NCBI GenBank assembly: GCA_951406725.2
Contig: OX597837.1
Coordinates: 7,316,001-7,380,000 of the forward strand
DNA: 64,000 bases
Direction: 5' to 3'
From: Octopus vulgaris
Taxonomy: Eukaryota
The position numbers and the translations under genes are program-made. This document shows, piece by piece, positions 1 to 12,649 of the stretch; the first letter of the stretch is position 1, and the number at the start of each line of letters is the position of its first letter. The notes beneath the pieces are model-generated. The model did no database searches and was not told the origin of the DNA. It was given only the letters and a program-made list of their open reading frames with translations.

Positions 1-188
1 AAATGCTAAGAGCCAAAACGAACACCACAAGGTATTTGCTAGATGCTCTAACAATCTTGCTTAGCCCAGATCAATCAGGGAAGAGTTAACTTGCTAAAGT
101 GTATAGTATTTGGCTGTTAGCTCTGGCATGTCAGATAATAATGTATTGCCTCTCTCATTAGCTTGACAGATATATGTGTGTGTGTATG

Positions 189-501
189 TGTGGAGGCGCA
201 ATGGCCCAGTGGTTAGGGCAGTGGACTCGCGATTGTAGGATCGCGATTTCGATTCCCAGACCAGGTGTTGTGAGTGTTTATTGAGCGAAAACACCTAAAG
301 CTCCATGAGGCTCCGGTAAGGGGTGGTGACGATCCCCGCTGTACTCTTTCGCCATAACTTTCTCTCACTCTTTCTTCTGTTGACCTGCTCGCTTAGCCAG
401 CGGGGTGGCGTCATTCGGAGGCTAAAACAATGCGAAGCGCATTGTGACCAGCGATGTGTAGCAACATCTGATAGCCTGGTCAGTCACGGTCATCACGGTG
501 A
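189..501 (+). mobile_element. tRNA-derived SINE, family A
   Basis: A box TGGCCCAGTGG and B box GATTTCGATTCC. Near-identical copy at 7793-8095. Confidence 0.85.
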
Positions 502-1578
502 TATATATGTATGTGTGTATATATATATATATAATATAGTGTGATGGCTTACTATAGTAGAAGGGGTGATGGAGAAAACATTGATGATGACGGAGATAGT
601 TATAGGGATTCAGTTGTTTCTTGTTGATGGTGGTGGTGATGGTTGTAGTGAGAGGGAGTGATAGTGTAGCAGTCACTGCTACTGCTGCTGTGGTGGTGGT
701 GGTGGTGGTGGTAGTTCTTGGTGGTGGTGACAGTATTGTTGTTGACAATGATGATGATGGTGGTAGTGGAAGTGATGTTACTGTTGTTGTTGTTGTAGTA
801 GTAGTAGGTGGCAGTGGCAGAGGGGGTGGGATCTGGTGTTTTTTGTTTGTTTTTTTTTTTGTTACTATCAACAACATTACCAACAGCATGGTTAATGGTG
901 ATGGTGCTATAACTGCCAGCAATGGTAAAGTTGCTATCATCGATGTTAAATGACATTGTCAACGGTGGTGTAAATAAATGATGGTGATGCTGGTAGTGGT
1001 AATGGTGGTGGTGGTAGTTTTACCAGTGATAGTACTAGTAGTAGTGGTGGTGGTAGTATTTATCATATATTTTCTTTTATTTTATTCTGTGCTTAATATT
1101 TAGTTATAAGAAATCGTGATGACATACACCAACATATAAGAACCAGAAGAAAAAAAAAGGGGGAGGGTAACAGATACTGAAGAGAGAAAGAGAGAGAGAG
1201 ATCCCCCAACAGATTTGTTTTCATTGCTTGAATGTTTGTTTTTTTTTTATTTAATATTCTTTTCTTTTAATTTCTGATGATGAAGGTTGCATGAGGGAAG
1301 CACGAGTGGGTATTGAGAGGAGTTGCAAAAAACGTTTCCGTTCTTTTTGCTTCACACAGGAATTCTCAGATATTTTCAAAGAAATATCAATCAAATTAAA
1401 TTTTGATAATTTTCTTAATTAACATGGATAAAAAAAGGGGTTTTTTTAATGTGGGTGGGGGAGGGGATATGTTGTTTAATTACTGTTGTAAAGTTGGTTT
1501 TCTTTAGACAAACTACTAGAAAGACACCTACAATATATATACATACACACACACACACATAGGCATATATATATATAT

Positions 1579-1713
<135 letters not shown>

Positions 1714-1970
1714 TACATATATATATATATGTGTGTGTGTATATTGGCACATGTGCATGGGTGTGCGCGCGCATGTATATGTACGTACATGCACACTTAT
1801 GCGATTTCTATGAGCATTTTTACTTCCTTACTTGTCTACTTTCCCCCCTTTGGTTTTTTCCCCCTTATCTAAAGGTCATTCTAATAGCTCTTCTGTCTTA
1901 ATAACGGTCAACTACATAGTAATTTCCTTTTGCTTAATGGTCATTTTCATAGCAATTTTTGATTGCCTCA

Positions 1971-2029
1971 ATAACTGACGAGATGCCCAAGCAGTTTTCC
2001 AGCCTGACATCCGAAACTCAGAGTCTTAT
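1971..2029 (+). ncRNA. Minimal type-I hammerhead ribozyme motif
   Basis: ATAA-CTGACGA-GATG...CATC-C-GAAA-CTCAGAG-TC-TTAT: stems I, II and III plus a GUC triplet, with one extra C before GAAA. Confidence 0.6.
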
Positions 2030-2150
2030 AATGGCAACTGAATAACTGTCAAATATTACATTTACAGATAAATTCCTCTATTTACATAATATCGAGGTCT
2101 CCTTCACTCCTTTCTTGTCTTACCATTTTTATCAATAATATATATATATA

Positions 2151-2523
2151 CTCTCTTTTACTCTTTACTCTTTTACTTGTTTCAGTCATTTGACTGCGGC
2201 CATGCTGGAGCACCACCTTTTAGTACTTATTCTATCGGTCTCTTTTTGCCGAACCGCTAAGTGACGGGGACCTAAACACACCAGCATCGGTTGTCAAGCA
2301 ATGCTAGGGGGACAAACACAGACACACAAACACACACACATATACATATATAAACATATATACGACAGGCTTCTTTCAGTTTCCGTCTACCAAATCCACT
2401 CACAAGGCATTGGTCGGCCCGGGGCTATAGCAGAAGACACTTGCCCAAGATGCCACGCAGTGGGACTGAACCCGCAACCGTGTGGTTGGTTAGCAAGCTA
2501 CTTACCACACAGCCACTCCTGCG

Positions 2524-2527
<4 letters not shown>
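2151..2527 (-). mobile_element. tRNA-headed SINE, family B, with an internal CA/TA microsatellite
   Basis: Head TGGCTGTGTGGTAAG...GGTTCAGTCCC, then CORE-like CTTGGGCAAGTGTCTT. More than ten full or partial copies in the window. Confidence 0.85.
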
Positions 2528-2585
<58 letters not shown>

Positions 2586-3879
2586 GATCCAAATCTGCCA
2601 AGCAGAGAGTACATTTTATTGAGCCTATGTGGAGTGCGTGTGCTTAATATTGCATAATAACCAATATTTGCAGCAGTGTCATTATATTCCATGACATTCT
2701 GAAGAAACATCGCATCAATTTTTGCAAAGGGCCAGCAACTTTGATGGGGATCCTGACTTGTACTTCATTGTAAAGAAACCAACCTCAGAAGGATTTGAAC
2801 TCAGCATGTAAGACAACTGAAGAAATACCACTAAGCATTTTGTTCCACATGTTTGTAATTCTGTCGTCCTAATGATAATAAATATTGATGATAATAATAA
2901 TGCCTGTGGTAGAGAGAGGGCAACCTGAATACATCGACCCCAGTGTTCAACTGGTATTTATTTTATCAACCCTGAAAGGACGAAAAGCAAAGTCGACCCC
3001 AGCGAATAATAATAATCTTTTCTACTGGAGGTACAAGGCCTTAAATTTTGGGGCGATGGGACTAGTCGATGTAATCGACTCCAGTACTTCACTGGTACTT
3101 AATTTATTGAACCTGGAAGGATGAAAAGCAAGGCTGACCTCATCTGAATTTGAACTCAGAATGCAGTGACGGGCAAAATACCACTAAGCATTCCATCCAC
3201 CGTGCTAACGATTCTGCCAACCCACCACCAATAATAATAATAATAATAATAATAATAGTAATGGTTTCTACTTTTGACACAAGGCCAGCAATTTGGGGAG
3301 GAGGGTAAAGTCAATTACATCAACCCTCAGTATTCAACTGGTACTTATTTTATCAACCCTGAAAGGGCGAAAGCAAAGTCGACCTCAGCAGAATTTGAAC
3401 ACAGAATGTAAAGACAGACGAAATGCTGCTAAATAATTCATTCAACTAAATGCATAAGGCTTCAAATTTGCCAGGGATTACATTGACCCCAATGCGCAAC
3501 TGGTACTGTTTTACTTGTGTAACTGACCCCTAAAAGGATGATAGATGGAGTAGTAGAGGGAAATAGGCTAATTTCTTTGAAAATTTCTGTGTGAATTCCT
3601 GCAGAATTTGTCAAGGGATTCTCATGTATATATTTTAGGTTCTAGAGTTATTGTCTCATTTTAAAATATTTTTGATAAATACAATAAATAATTAAATAAA
3701 TAAATAAAAGACCATATAAATAAATAAATGAATGAATATATAAATAAATAAATACGTAAAAAACAGATAAATATATCACAATTTGCAATGAAAGAATATT
3801 TTGCTATGAAATGACATTAAGACTGTTACAACATTTTTGGCTATCAACAATCAAGACACATCAATAAAATAACAATATA

Positions 3880-3979
3880 NNNNNNNNNNNNNNNNNNNNN
3901 NNNNNNNNNNNNNNNNNNNNNNNNNNNNNNNNNNNNNNNNNNNNNNNNNNNNNNNNNNNNNNNNNNNNNNNNNNNNNNN
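3880..3979. other. Assembly gap (100 N)
   Basis: Run of n. Confidence 1.
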
Positions 3980-4190
3980 AAGTGAGAAGATGCGATGGAT
4001 TGTTTAAAGCAACAGGTAGAATGCCTTGTGGGAATTACAGCTCCAGCTTCTTGCATTCTGGGTTCACATTTAAAACTCCCATCACACGTCTCTTCATGAC
4101 AAGAAATGGAAATTTCGGAATACAGTTAAAGCTGATAGATCTCCGATGTCAGATGCAATGACAAGTTGATTGCAGCAACATCGCACTTAC

Positions 4191-4211
4191 ATCATTAAAA
4201 ACAAGCAGATG
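4191..4211 (-). CDS. RBFOX1: Candidate 21-nt in-frame microexon of RBFOX (HLLVFND), between RGSK and GFGFVTF
   Basis: About 60-nt pyrimidine tract ending CTCACTTTGTGCAG, then CATCTGCTTGTTTTTAATGAT, then consensus donor GTAAGT. No stop in phase 0. Confidence 0.6.
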
Positions 4212-4336
4212 CTGCACAAAGTGAGATGGAATTGAGAACAGAGCAAAAAAAAAAAACAGGAAAAAAAGGGAAGAAATATGTAAAATGCTTATTTTTTTAA
4301 AGCATTAGGATGTCTCATGAGAAAAACGATGCAGGA

Positions 4337-5070
4337 AAATGGTGGTGGTGGTGGTGGTGGTGATGGTGGTGGTGGTGGTGGTGATGGTGGTGGTGGTGGT
4401 GGTGATGGTGGTGGTGGTGGTGGTGGTAAGAGTAGTGATGAATGTGGTGGTGCTTGTGAAGATGATGGTAGCATTGTTGATGGTTGTGGTGGTGTTAGGG
4501 ATGATGGTGGACGATGACAATAATGATGGTGGTGGTAGTGGTGGTAGTAAGAGTAGTGCTAATGGTGGTGATGAAGGTGGTGGTGCATATGAAAATGATG
4601 GTAGTATGGTGGTGGTGACAATGATGGTGGTGGTGATGATGGTGGTGGATGATGACAATGATGGTGGTGGTGGTTGTGATAATAGTGGTGGTGGTGGTGG
4701 TAAGAGTAGTGCTGATGGTGGTGGTGATGAAGGTGGTGGTGCTTGTGAAGATGATGGTAGTATTGTTGATGGGGGTGGTGGTGGTAGTGTTGGGGATGAT
4801 GACAATGATGGTGGTGGTGTTGGTGTTGGCAGAGGAGATGGGGATGGTGATGAAGATGATGGCGATGATGGTGGTGGTGGTGGTGGTGGTGGTGGTGGTG
4901 GTGTTGGCGGCAGTAGTGGCAGCAGTATCAATAATGGTCTTGAGGGTGTGTTGATGTTATGGCAATGATGCTGGGAACAGATGTTGAAGATGATACAGAG
5001 AACGATGACAACGACGACGATGATGATGACAACGATGATGGCAATGGCAATGCAGATGGTGTCAACAATG
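4337..5070. repeat. (GGT/GAT)n compound trinucleotide tract
   Basis: Seen directly. Similar tracts at 620-1060, 13408-13682, 39900-40160, 40500-40920, 46000-46200 and 55200-55430. Confidence 0.95.
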
Positions 5071-5426
5071 ATAATGGGACTGAGTTGCAATAACGAAGAA
5101 GGAAATGCTGGTGATGAGGAGGAGGATGGGAGACAGGATAACAATCACGACAGCGAGAACCGATGCAGTTGGCAATGTGGGGTGTTTTTGTGGTGAGTGC
5201 CGTCTCTCACAATACGCTTTATACACAATCGCCCCACCGCATTCATGCGCGAAACGCACAATCATATTATCAATTCATAATTGTTGATAGCAAAAAAAAA
5301 CATTGTAACATTCATGCAACAACAATAGATTGGAATATTTACAAATATATATATATAAACATAAATACATAATATATATATATATAGATATGTGCATATA
5401 TATATACACATACATATATCTGTGTA

Positions 5427-5466
<40 letters not shown>

Positions 5467-5622
5467 TATATGTGCATATATACATTTATATACATACATA
5501 TATATGCATACACACACACGTATATATATATATATATATTATATTATATCATATGCATATATATATTATATGCATATATACATATTATATGCATATAAAT
5601 ATATATTATATAATATTATATG

Positions 5623-5662
<40 letters not shown>

Positions 5663-5854
5663 TATATACACTATAATTGTATGTGTGAGTACATATATAT
5701 ATATATACACATATATGATGTGTGACTACAGGTTATATGATAAATATATAAAATATATATACCATATAATACAAGCATATATATATATATATATTGCATA
5801 TTTACACATTATACAATGTTATATCAACTATGTAGAATATATGTATACAGACAC

Positions 5855-5888
<34 letters not shown>

Positions 5889-6386
5889 TATGTATGTATA
5901 TATATGCACAGAAGCACATGTGTATATATTTACGTATTATACAAATTCATTTCTAGCAATTGTAGAGTGAAAATAAATACATATTATGCCTGTATAAGAA
6001 AAAGCAAGAGGATTTTTTTTCTTTCCTTTCTCACAGCAAAACATTTCCTTGTTTGCGCAAGATTCCATTGTCATGGGTAAAAGAGAGGGAGGAAAAGGAG
6101 AGAAGGATGGGAGGGTGTTTTTTTTTCCTTTTGTTTTGTTTGTTTTTTTTTATTGGAAGTCTGCCATTCCAATTCTAAAGACCGACAACTTAACAAACAT
6201 CATATTCCCACAACAGAATCCCTTATGTTTATATGTGACATAAACCCGCACGCCCGCACGCTCATTATATGGAATAATTCTTTCTTGGAATATAAGTTCT
6301 TGGAGTACATATAAAGCTATAAATAATGGTAAATAAATACTGGGTCGAAAAGCCCTTTTGGATAGAAGAAGTTGAAGGCTGCCTAA

Positions 6387-6431
<45 letters not shown>

Positions 6432-6459
6432 AATAAGCAACAAGAATATCTCGGTAATT

Positions 6460-6543
6460 TGGTACGATCGTTTCATGTTACATCATTTTATTAAACATTG
6501 TAACTATTACAACAGTTTTAAAATGTTGAGCAATCATCAGCCA
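6460..6543 (-). ncRNA. Minimal type-I hammerhead ribozyme motif
   Basis: Minus strand reads TGG-CTGATGA-[long imperfect stem II containing CATTTTA/TAAAATG]-GAAA-CGATCG-TA-CCA. Core intact, palindromic stem III, GUA triplet. Confidence 0.6.
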
Positions 6544-6777
6544 TTTATAGAGGTTTCCCATCAATACATATACTTATTTTCATGTTAATTGATAACATTA
6601 TAAAGAGTGTAGATATACAGACAGAGATGTTGATTTGAATGTTAAGAACATTGAGGTATTAGAATTTATCTTGTTGCTTATTTTGATTTAATCACCCCAT
6701 GGATTTATATGGATAACACCGTACAAAATTCTGGTGCATCTAATTTAAGTACCACATTCATTTGAATCTAAATTTTG

Positions 6778-6829
<52 letters not shown>

Positions 6830-7154
6830 ATATATATATATGTATGTATGTGTGTGTGTGAGTTTAGTGGGATATATTATCCAGGTGGATATCATGATGG
6901 CTCTCAGTTTTGTTCCAGGTTATGGCTAACTGCATCAATTAGGATTTAATGCCTATGACTACGATTGGTTGTCAATCACTCTGTAAATTCCTCCAATGGG
7001 TAATTCCATGTTCTCTTTACTGGACAGTAATATTGTCTAGAGTGTATATTAGCAATAATTAGGTCGATATAGAACATGGCAACTTGTTCATTCTCAAAAT
7101 TTATTTCTTCTTATTTTATAATTTTATACAACATGTGCTGTATATGTTGATAGG

Positions 7155-7394
7155 AAAGCATTAAAAGCTGTTTCCTCCTCCACTTATTTTGGTTCCATTA
7201 TGTACAGTGATGCTAAGATGGATAAAGAAATTGACTCCAGAATCAGGAAGGCTTGTTCCACTTTCGGTAAGCTTTATCACAGGCAATGAAACAGCCATGA
7301 TGTATCGTTGACGGTGAAAGTCAGTGTATATATGTCGGCGGTTTTGACATCATTGCTTTATGAAGCTGAATCCTGGACTCTGTACCAAAAGCAC
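7155..7394 (+). mobile_element. RTE-clade LINE reverse-transcriptase fragment (pseudogenised)
   Basis: YFGSIMYSDAKMDKEIDSRIRKACSTFGKL..*..TVKVSVYMSAVLTSLLYEAESWTL matches the RTE YLGS...EI..RI.KA...FG.L...LLYG.E.W pattern, with one stop. Confidence 0.85.
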
Positions 7395-7409
7395 ACACAC
7401 ACACACATA

Positions 7410-7705
7410 TATATTGTATAAAGGATCATTGTAAGGTAAAGTAAAAATGCAAGGCAAATCACAAGAAAACAAATATATGAATTAATGCAGACTTACCTTG
7501 CATTCAATATTTCGGGGTTACGACCCCATTTTCAAGAAATTACCAAATCAGCAATATTCATTAATTTCTTGAAAATGGGGCCATAACCCCAAAATATTGA
7601 ATGAACGTAAATGTACATTAATTCATATATTTGTTTTCTTGTTTTTTTATCTTGCATTTACTTCGAATTGTTCTGGCCTTACCCACAATCCTTTCTACAA
7701 TATAT
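7410..7705. repeat. ~300-bp foldback (long inverted repeat) between TA tracts
   Basis: Arms at about 7441-7541 and 7563-7661 are reverse complements, as are the outer flanks. Confidence 0.85.
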
Positions 7706-7745
7706 TCTATACACTGCTTCATAGTAATTAATTCCATTATAATAA

Positions 7746-7790
<45 letters not shown>

Positions 7791-7792
7791 AA

Positions 7793-8095
7793 GTGGAGGC
7801 GCAATGGCCCAGTGGTTAGGGCAGCGGACTCATGGTGGTAGAATCGCGGTTTCAACTCCCAGACCGGGCGTTGTGAGTGTTTATTGAGTGAAAACACCTA
7901 AGGTTCCACGAGGCTCCGGCAGGGGGTGGTGGCGATCCCTGCTGTACTCTTTCGCCGCAACTTTCTCTCACTCTTTCTTCTGTTAGCTTGCTCGCTTAGC
8001 CAGCGGGGTGGCGTCATTTGAAGGCTAAAACAATGCGAAGCGCATTGTGACCAGTGATGTATAACAACATCTGATAGCTTGGTCGGTCACGTGAT
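7793..8095 (+). mobile_element. tRNA-derived SINE, family A
   Basis: Colinear with 189-501. Confidence 0.85.
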
Positions 8096-8651
8096 ATATG
8101 TGATAAGAAAATGGAGGAAAAAATAAAAAGGTGCCATGTAGTGGAACTCAACCCGGAACCATGTGGTTCGTAAGCAAAAGCTACTTACCGCACAGCCACT
8201 CCTAAGCTTGGGAACTTGCAAGACATAAGTCAACTATTTGTTTGTAAACATGACTGTGGAACATACACACACACACATGCACACATACATGCAGACAGAA
8301 GTAAAGAGAAAAACGACGTCCATATACACAAATGCATACAAAAGCACATACAATGGAATGGCTGTCTTTTCCATATGCTTGTATTGCCTATTATATTTGA
8401 TAAAGCAACAGCTATTAGCCAACAGATGTCATGTGCATGAAGGTTCTAACATTCGAATGTTGGGCTGGTGGTGGGAGTACGAGGACAGGAGGGGAAGAAG
8501 GATTGTGTACTTGTAGGTAAAGACAAGGATACACAGAGGATTTCTTGGGGAAAACACAGACACTCATACACATACATATTGTCTCATGTAGGAGTATCCA
8601 GATATATATTATATATATATAAACATACACAAACACACATGTATAAAATTA

Positions 8652-8706
<55 letters not shown>

Positions 8707-8791
8707 AATCATATACATATACACATATGTAGGCAAGCAGCATATAAATTGATAATGCATATGTAAAAATATAGACAGATACACACGTGCA

Positions 8792-8835
<44 letters not shown>

Positions 8836-9165
8836 ACAAGGGTAAATAATTCACAGGAAAAATAATTCCCCAAAAATTACTTAGCTAAGATATTATTAAT
8901 TCTGTTATTATCTAGTTTGACTATTTTAAAATGATAACAGAATCAATAATATAGGCGATATATATATATATATAAATACACATATATGTTCTCAAATATC
9001 TGTAAGCATGTATATAATAATAATATCAAATATAAATCCATCTTGCTCTTTTATACCAGGCAAATATGTGAATATATAACAGTCTACAAATATATACAAT
9101 GACTTTAGCAGTGGTACAATACGGATACACATATATAGATACATAGACAAATAGATATAAAGAAG

Positions 9166-9207
<42 letters not shown>

Positions 9208-9579
9208 GTGATTGGTGAAATAGTAGCCCTGCCCTGCCTCTCAAGTCGATCAAGTAGAGTTTGGAGGAATGTCTATTGAAAAATAAATTAGATCAGAGGT
9301 AATATCTTATAGGGAAGTGGGGCAGAGGTGGACGTGTGGAGGGGTAATCAGGGTGGTGTGTTGTAATGTGGTTGGTAGTGTGTGTATGTATGTGTGGGTG
9401 TGTGTGTGGTTGGTTTGAATGAGTGATTGCAATGAGAAAATTGGTGAGAAATTTCATCGGCATTGTTTAACATGTCTGCTTTTCCATGCTTGCATGGGTC
9501 AGGCAGGATTTGTTGAGGTAGATTTTCTATGGTTCAATGATCTTTCTGTTACTAGTATATATACATGCATGCATATGTG

Positions 9580-9619
<40 letters not shown>

Positions 9620-10271
9620 CATGCATACACATATGCATACTTACATATATATGTGTATGTATGTGTGTGTATATATATATATACATATATATATATATGT
9701 ATGTATATATATATATATATATATATATACATGCATACGCATATGTATACTTATATATATATGTACACACACACTTGGATAATGAAAGATAATTTAAAGA
9801 GAGGATGGCTGGATGGATGGGTAGTTAGATGCATGGATGAATATAAATGGGTACATGAAAGATTGTGTGGGTGGATGTGTGTATATATCTATTTGTGTGT
9901 ATGTGTGCGTGCATGTACACACACATATATATAAACCTAAGCAGATAAATAGATAAAATTAGATGGATAGATAGAAAGTTCTTTGTTAAATTCCAGCCAA
10001 TATTTCATTATGGACAAAAGCACGGAACCGTAGTTCTAATTATAGCAAAGCTAATTTCAAAGGAAGACCGATTCCTCTCACTTTAGTGTCTTTCTGCTCC
10101 ACCCTCACCAACCTGCTCACCCCACCACACCCTCACCACCCCCGTCTTGTCGAATCTCCTGACAATAATTTCCATCTCAGTGGCTAAGTCACAGCCATTG
10201 GATTCTCAATGCGAAGCAAATACTGTGTTAGGGAACAGTGGACAGACTCCAAGAAAGTGGAATTGGTAAGC

Positions 10272-10310
<39 letters not shown>

Positions 10311-10574
10311 TATATGCTTGTGAGTGAGTGTCTATGTCTTCATCTACCAGTGTGTCTCTGATTCCATAGGAATGGTAACAATTTAGTTCCAGTCCAATGC
10401 AGTACTTCGCCATGAATGTGTGCGCATATGTAATTTTAACTGAAGATACATTATGTATGAATGTTTTTAATTAGTATGTGTTAATCCAGGTATCTGAAAA
10501 TAGTACGAGGATATTATATAGGCATGTGTGTGCATATATATATATATACACACACACACATATATATATCCAAG

Positions 10575-10900
10575 CATGATCGTTGCCAGAGCGGCTATCT
10601 GGCCTCCGTGCCGGTGGCACGTAAAAGACACCATTCGAGCATGATCGTTACCCGCATTGCCTTACTGGCACCTGTGCCGGTGACATGTGTAAAAGATTCA
10701 AGCAAGGTCGTTGCCAGTACCACCTGACTGGCCCCACTACTCTTGGAGTGGTTGGTGTTAGGAAGGACATCCAGCTGTAGAAACTCTGCCAGATCAAGAT
10801 TGAAGCCTGGTGCAGCCATCTGGTTTGCCAGCTCACAGTCATTCGTCTAACCCATGCTAGCATGGAAAGCAGACGTTAAACGATGATGATGATGATAATG
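10575..10900 (+). mobile_element. Retroposon family E with (GAT)n tail and internal duplication
   Basis: ggagtggttggtgttaggaagg.catccagctgtagaaac...ttaaacgatgatgat recurs at 47855-48056 and 54830-54947. Confidence 0.7.
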
Positions 10901-10919
10901 ATGATATATATATATATAG

Positions 10920-11130
10920 TAGGAGCAGGGTGTCTATAAGAGCAAGGCTTGTATATGAGCAAGGTTTGTATATGAGCAGGGTCTGTGCTTGAGAACAGGG
11001 TGTGTGAGGTAGCAAGGTCTGTGTTTGAGAACAGGGCTTGTTTGAGAGCAGGATCTGTGTTTGAGAGCAGGGTGTGTGAGGTAGCAAAGTCTGTGTTTGA
11101 GAACAGGGTGCATTTGGGAGCAGGGTGTAT
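10920..11130 (+). repeat. Minisatellite, ~18/36-nt unit
   Basis: Repeated gagcagggt.tgtgtttga. Confidence 0.8.
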
Positions 11131-12649
11131 GTGTAAAAGGAGTGTAAGAAGCAGAATCTATGCTTTGCAGCTGGGATCATGTCTAGGGCTAGCTGTATAG
11201 TTTTTTGGTCAAAGGTGAGTTTTATGGATTAATGTTGGGCTATGTAGGTCAGTTTTGGTGGGAGGTTTGGTGATGATGGTTAGAGTTGTGGGTCAGTAGT
11301 AAAGTTCCTAAGTTTAACAGTGTTTTGTTGGTTGGTATCAAGTTTTGGGGCCCATTTGAGGCATCTGAAGGAAATATTTCCATGACACCTCTTCTACATG
11401 AAAATGAGTTACAATACTGTAGTGACGGAACTGGACAATTATCAAGAAGTCTTGCAATAGATTCTGTATGATGCTCAAAACCATTAACACGTGTGTATAT
11501 ATGATATAAACATATGTTTTTATACATGTGTGTAAAGTAAAGAACATCTAGTTTCAATGGTCATTGCCAGCTCATCAACAGTTTTTACTGAATTTCTAAA
11601 TAATAAACTAAAAGAAAAACACAGACATAAAATTATTTAAAAGAATTCTTCAAACATTAATTCTTACAAAATTTCTATATTTTCTAGGTTTTATCTTTTT
11701 CACTGGTTGTGTTTTGCTTACATTTTCTTTTTTTTTTTTTTTGTTTTGTTTTTTTACATCAAAATTGTGACGAAAATATTCAAAGCCTGTTCCTTTCTAC
11801 AATTTACTAAAACAACAATGACAACAAGAACAAGAAAACAGATTGGGACTTAATGTTTTTGTTTTCTTGTTTAGACCATTCCAATGAACCAAACCCAAAT
11901 TCTTTGTATTGATTTATAGAATAAGTAAGGAGGGGTCCCATTTGTAATGAAGTAACAGAAGAGCTGTGGCAATCCTTTAAATTTTCTTGTCTTTAAAATC
12001 AACAAAAAATAATAATAATAATAATAATAATGATAATTTTGGCACAAGGCCAGCAACTTCTGGGGTGGAGTTAAGTCGATTACATTGACTCCAGACTTAT
12101 TGGACTCAAGAGTCTAACACATAGAATACTTGAGGAATGCTTCACTATTATTTAGCAAACAAATAATCATACATTAGTCAAATAAATTATGTAGGTTTTT
12201 ACATCACTCTTTGACCACTTTGGTGGCCAGGTTCTTACAAGAAGTGCTGCAATGGTTATCTGGATTAGAATTATCCCAGCATATATATACATATAAAATT
12301 CAAAGAGAGCTAGAGGTTGTGAATCCAACCAACTAAGGGATAGTATTCTGCCACAAGTGTTGGTTATTGCATGGTAATTACACTACTGGGTGTAATAAAT
12401 GGGCGAGGGTAAAAAGTGGTTTTACCCTTAATTTACACAGCAAGAAGAAAATGGAGGGGATCCAGAGGTAGTATGCATCAACTGTTAGACATTATATTAT
12501 GTCTATTTATGGGTACCAACACTTTCATGTGGTACACTTGAACAATTGTGAAGAGTTCTTCACCTGAAACCATTAGTTGCCTTGTTGATCCACAAATAAA
12601 GAGTGTGTATGTGCATGTATGCGTGTGTGTGTGTGTATGCATTTTTCTC

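Noticed and set aside
189-262. tRNA-like sequences here and at 7793, 38058, 46690 and 54715
   Set aside because: SINE heads without an intact acceptor stem, continuing into repeat bodies; not tRNA genes.
10181-10265. Plus-strand AG...GTAAGC open segment; also a plus-strand donor at 21915
   Set aside because: Isolated, no recognisable protein and no partner exons, so insufficient for an antisense gene.
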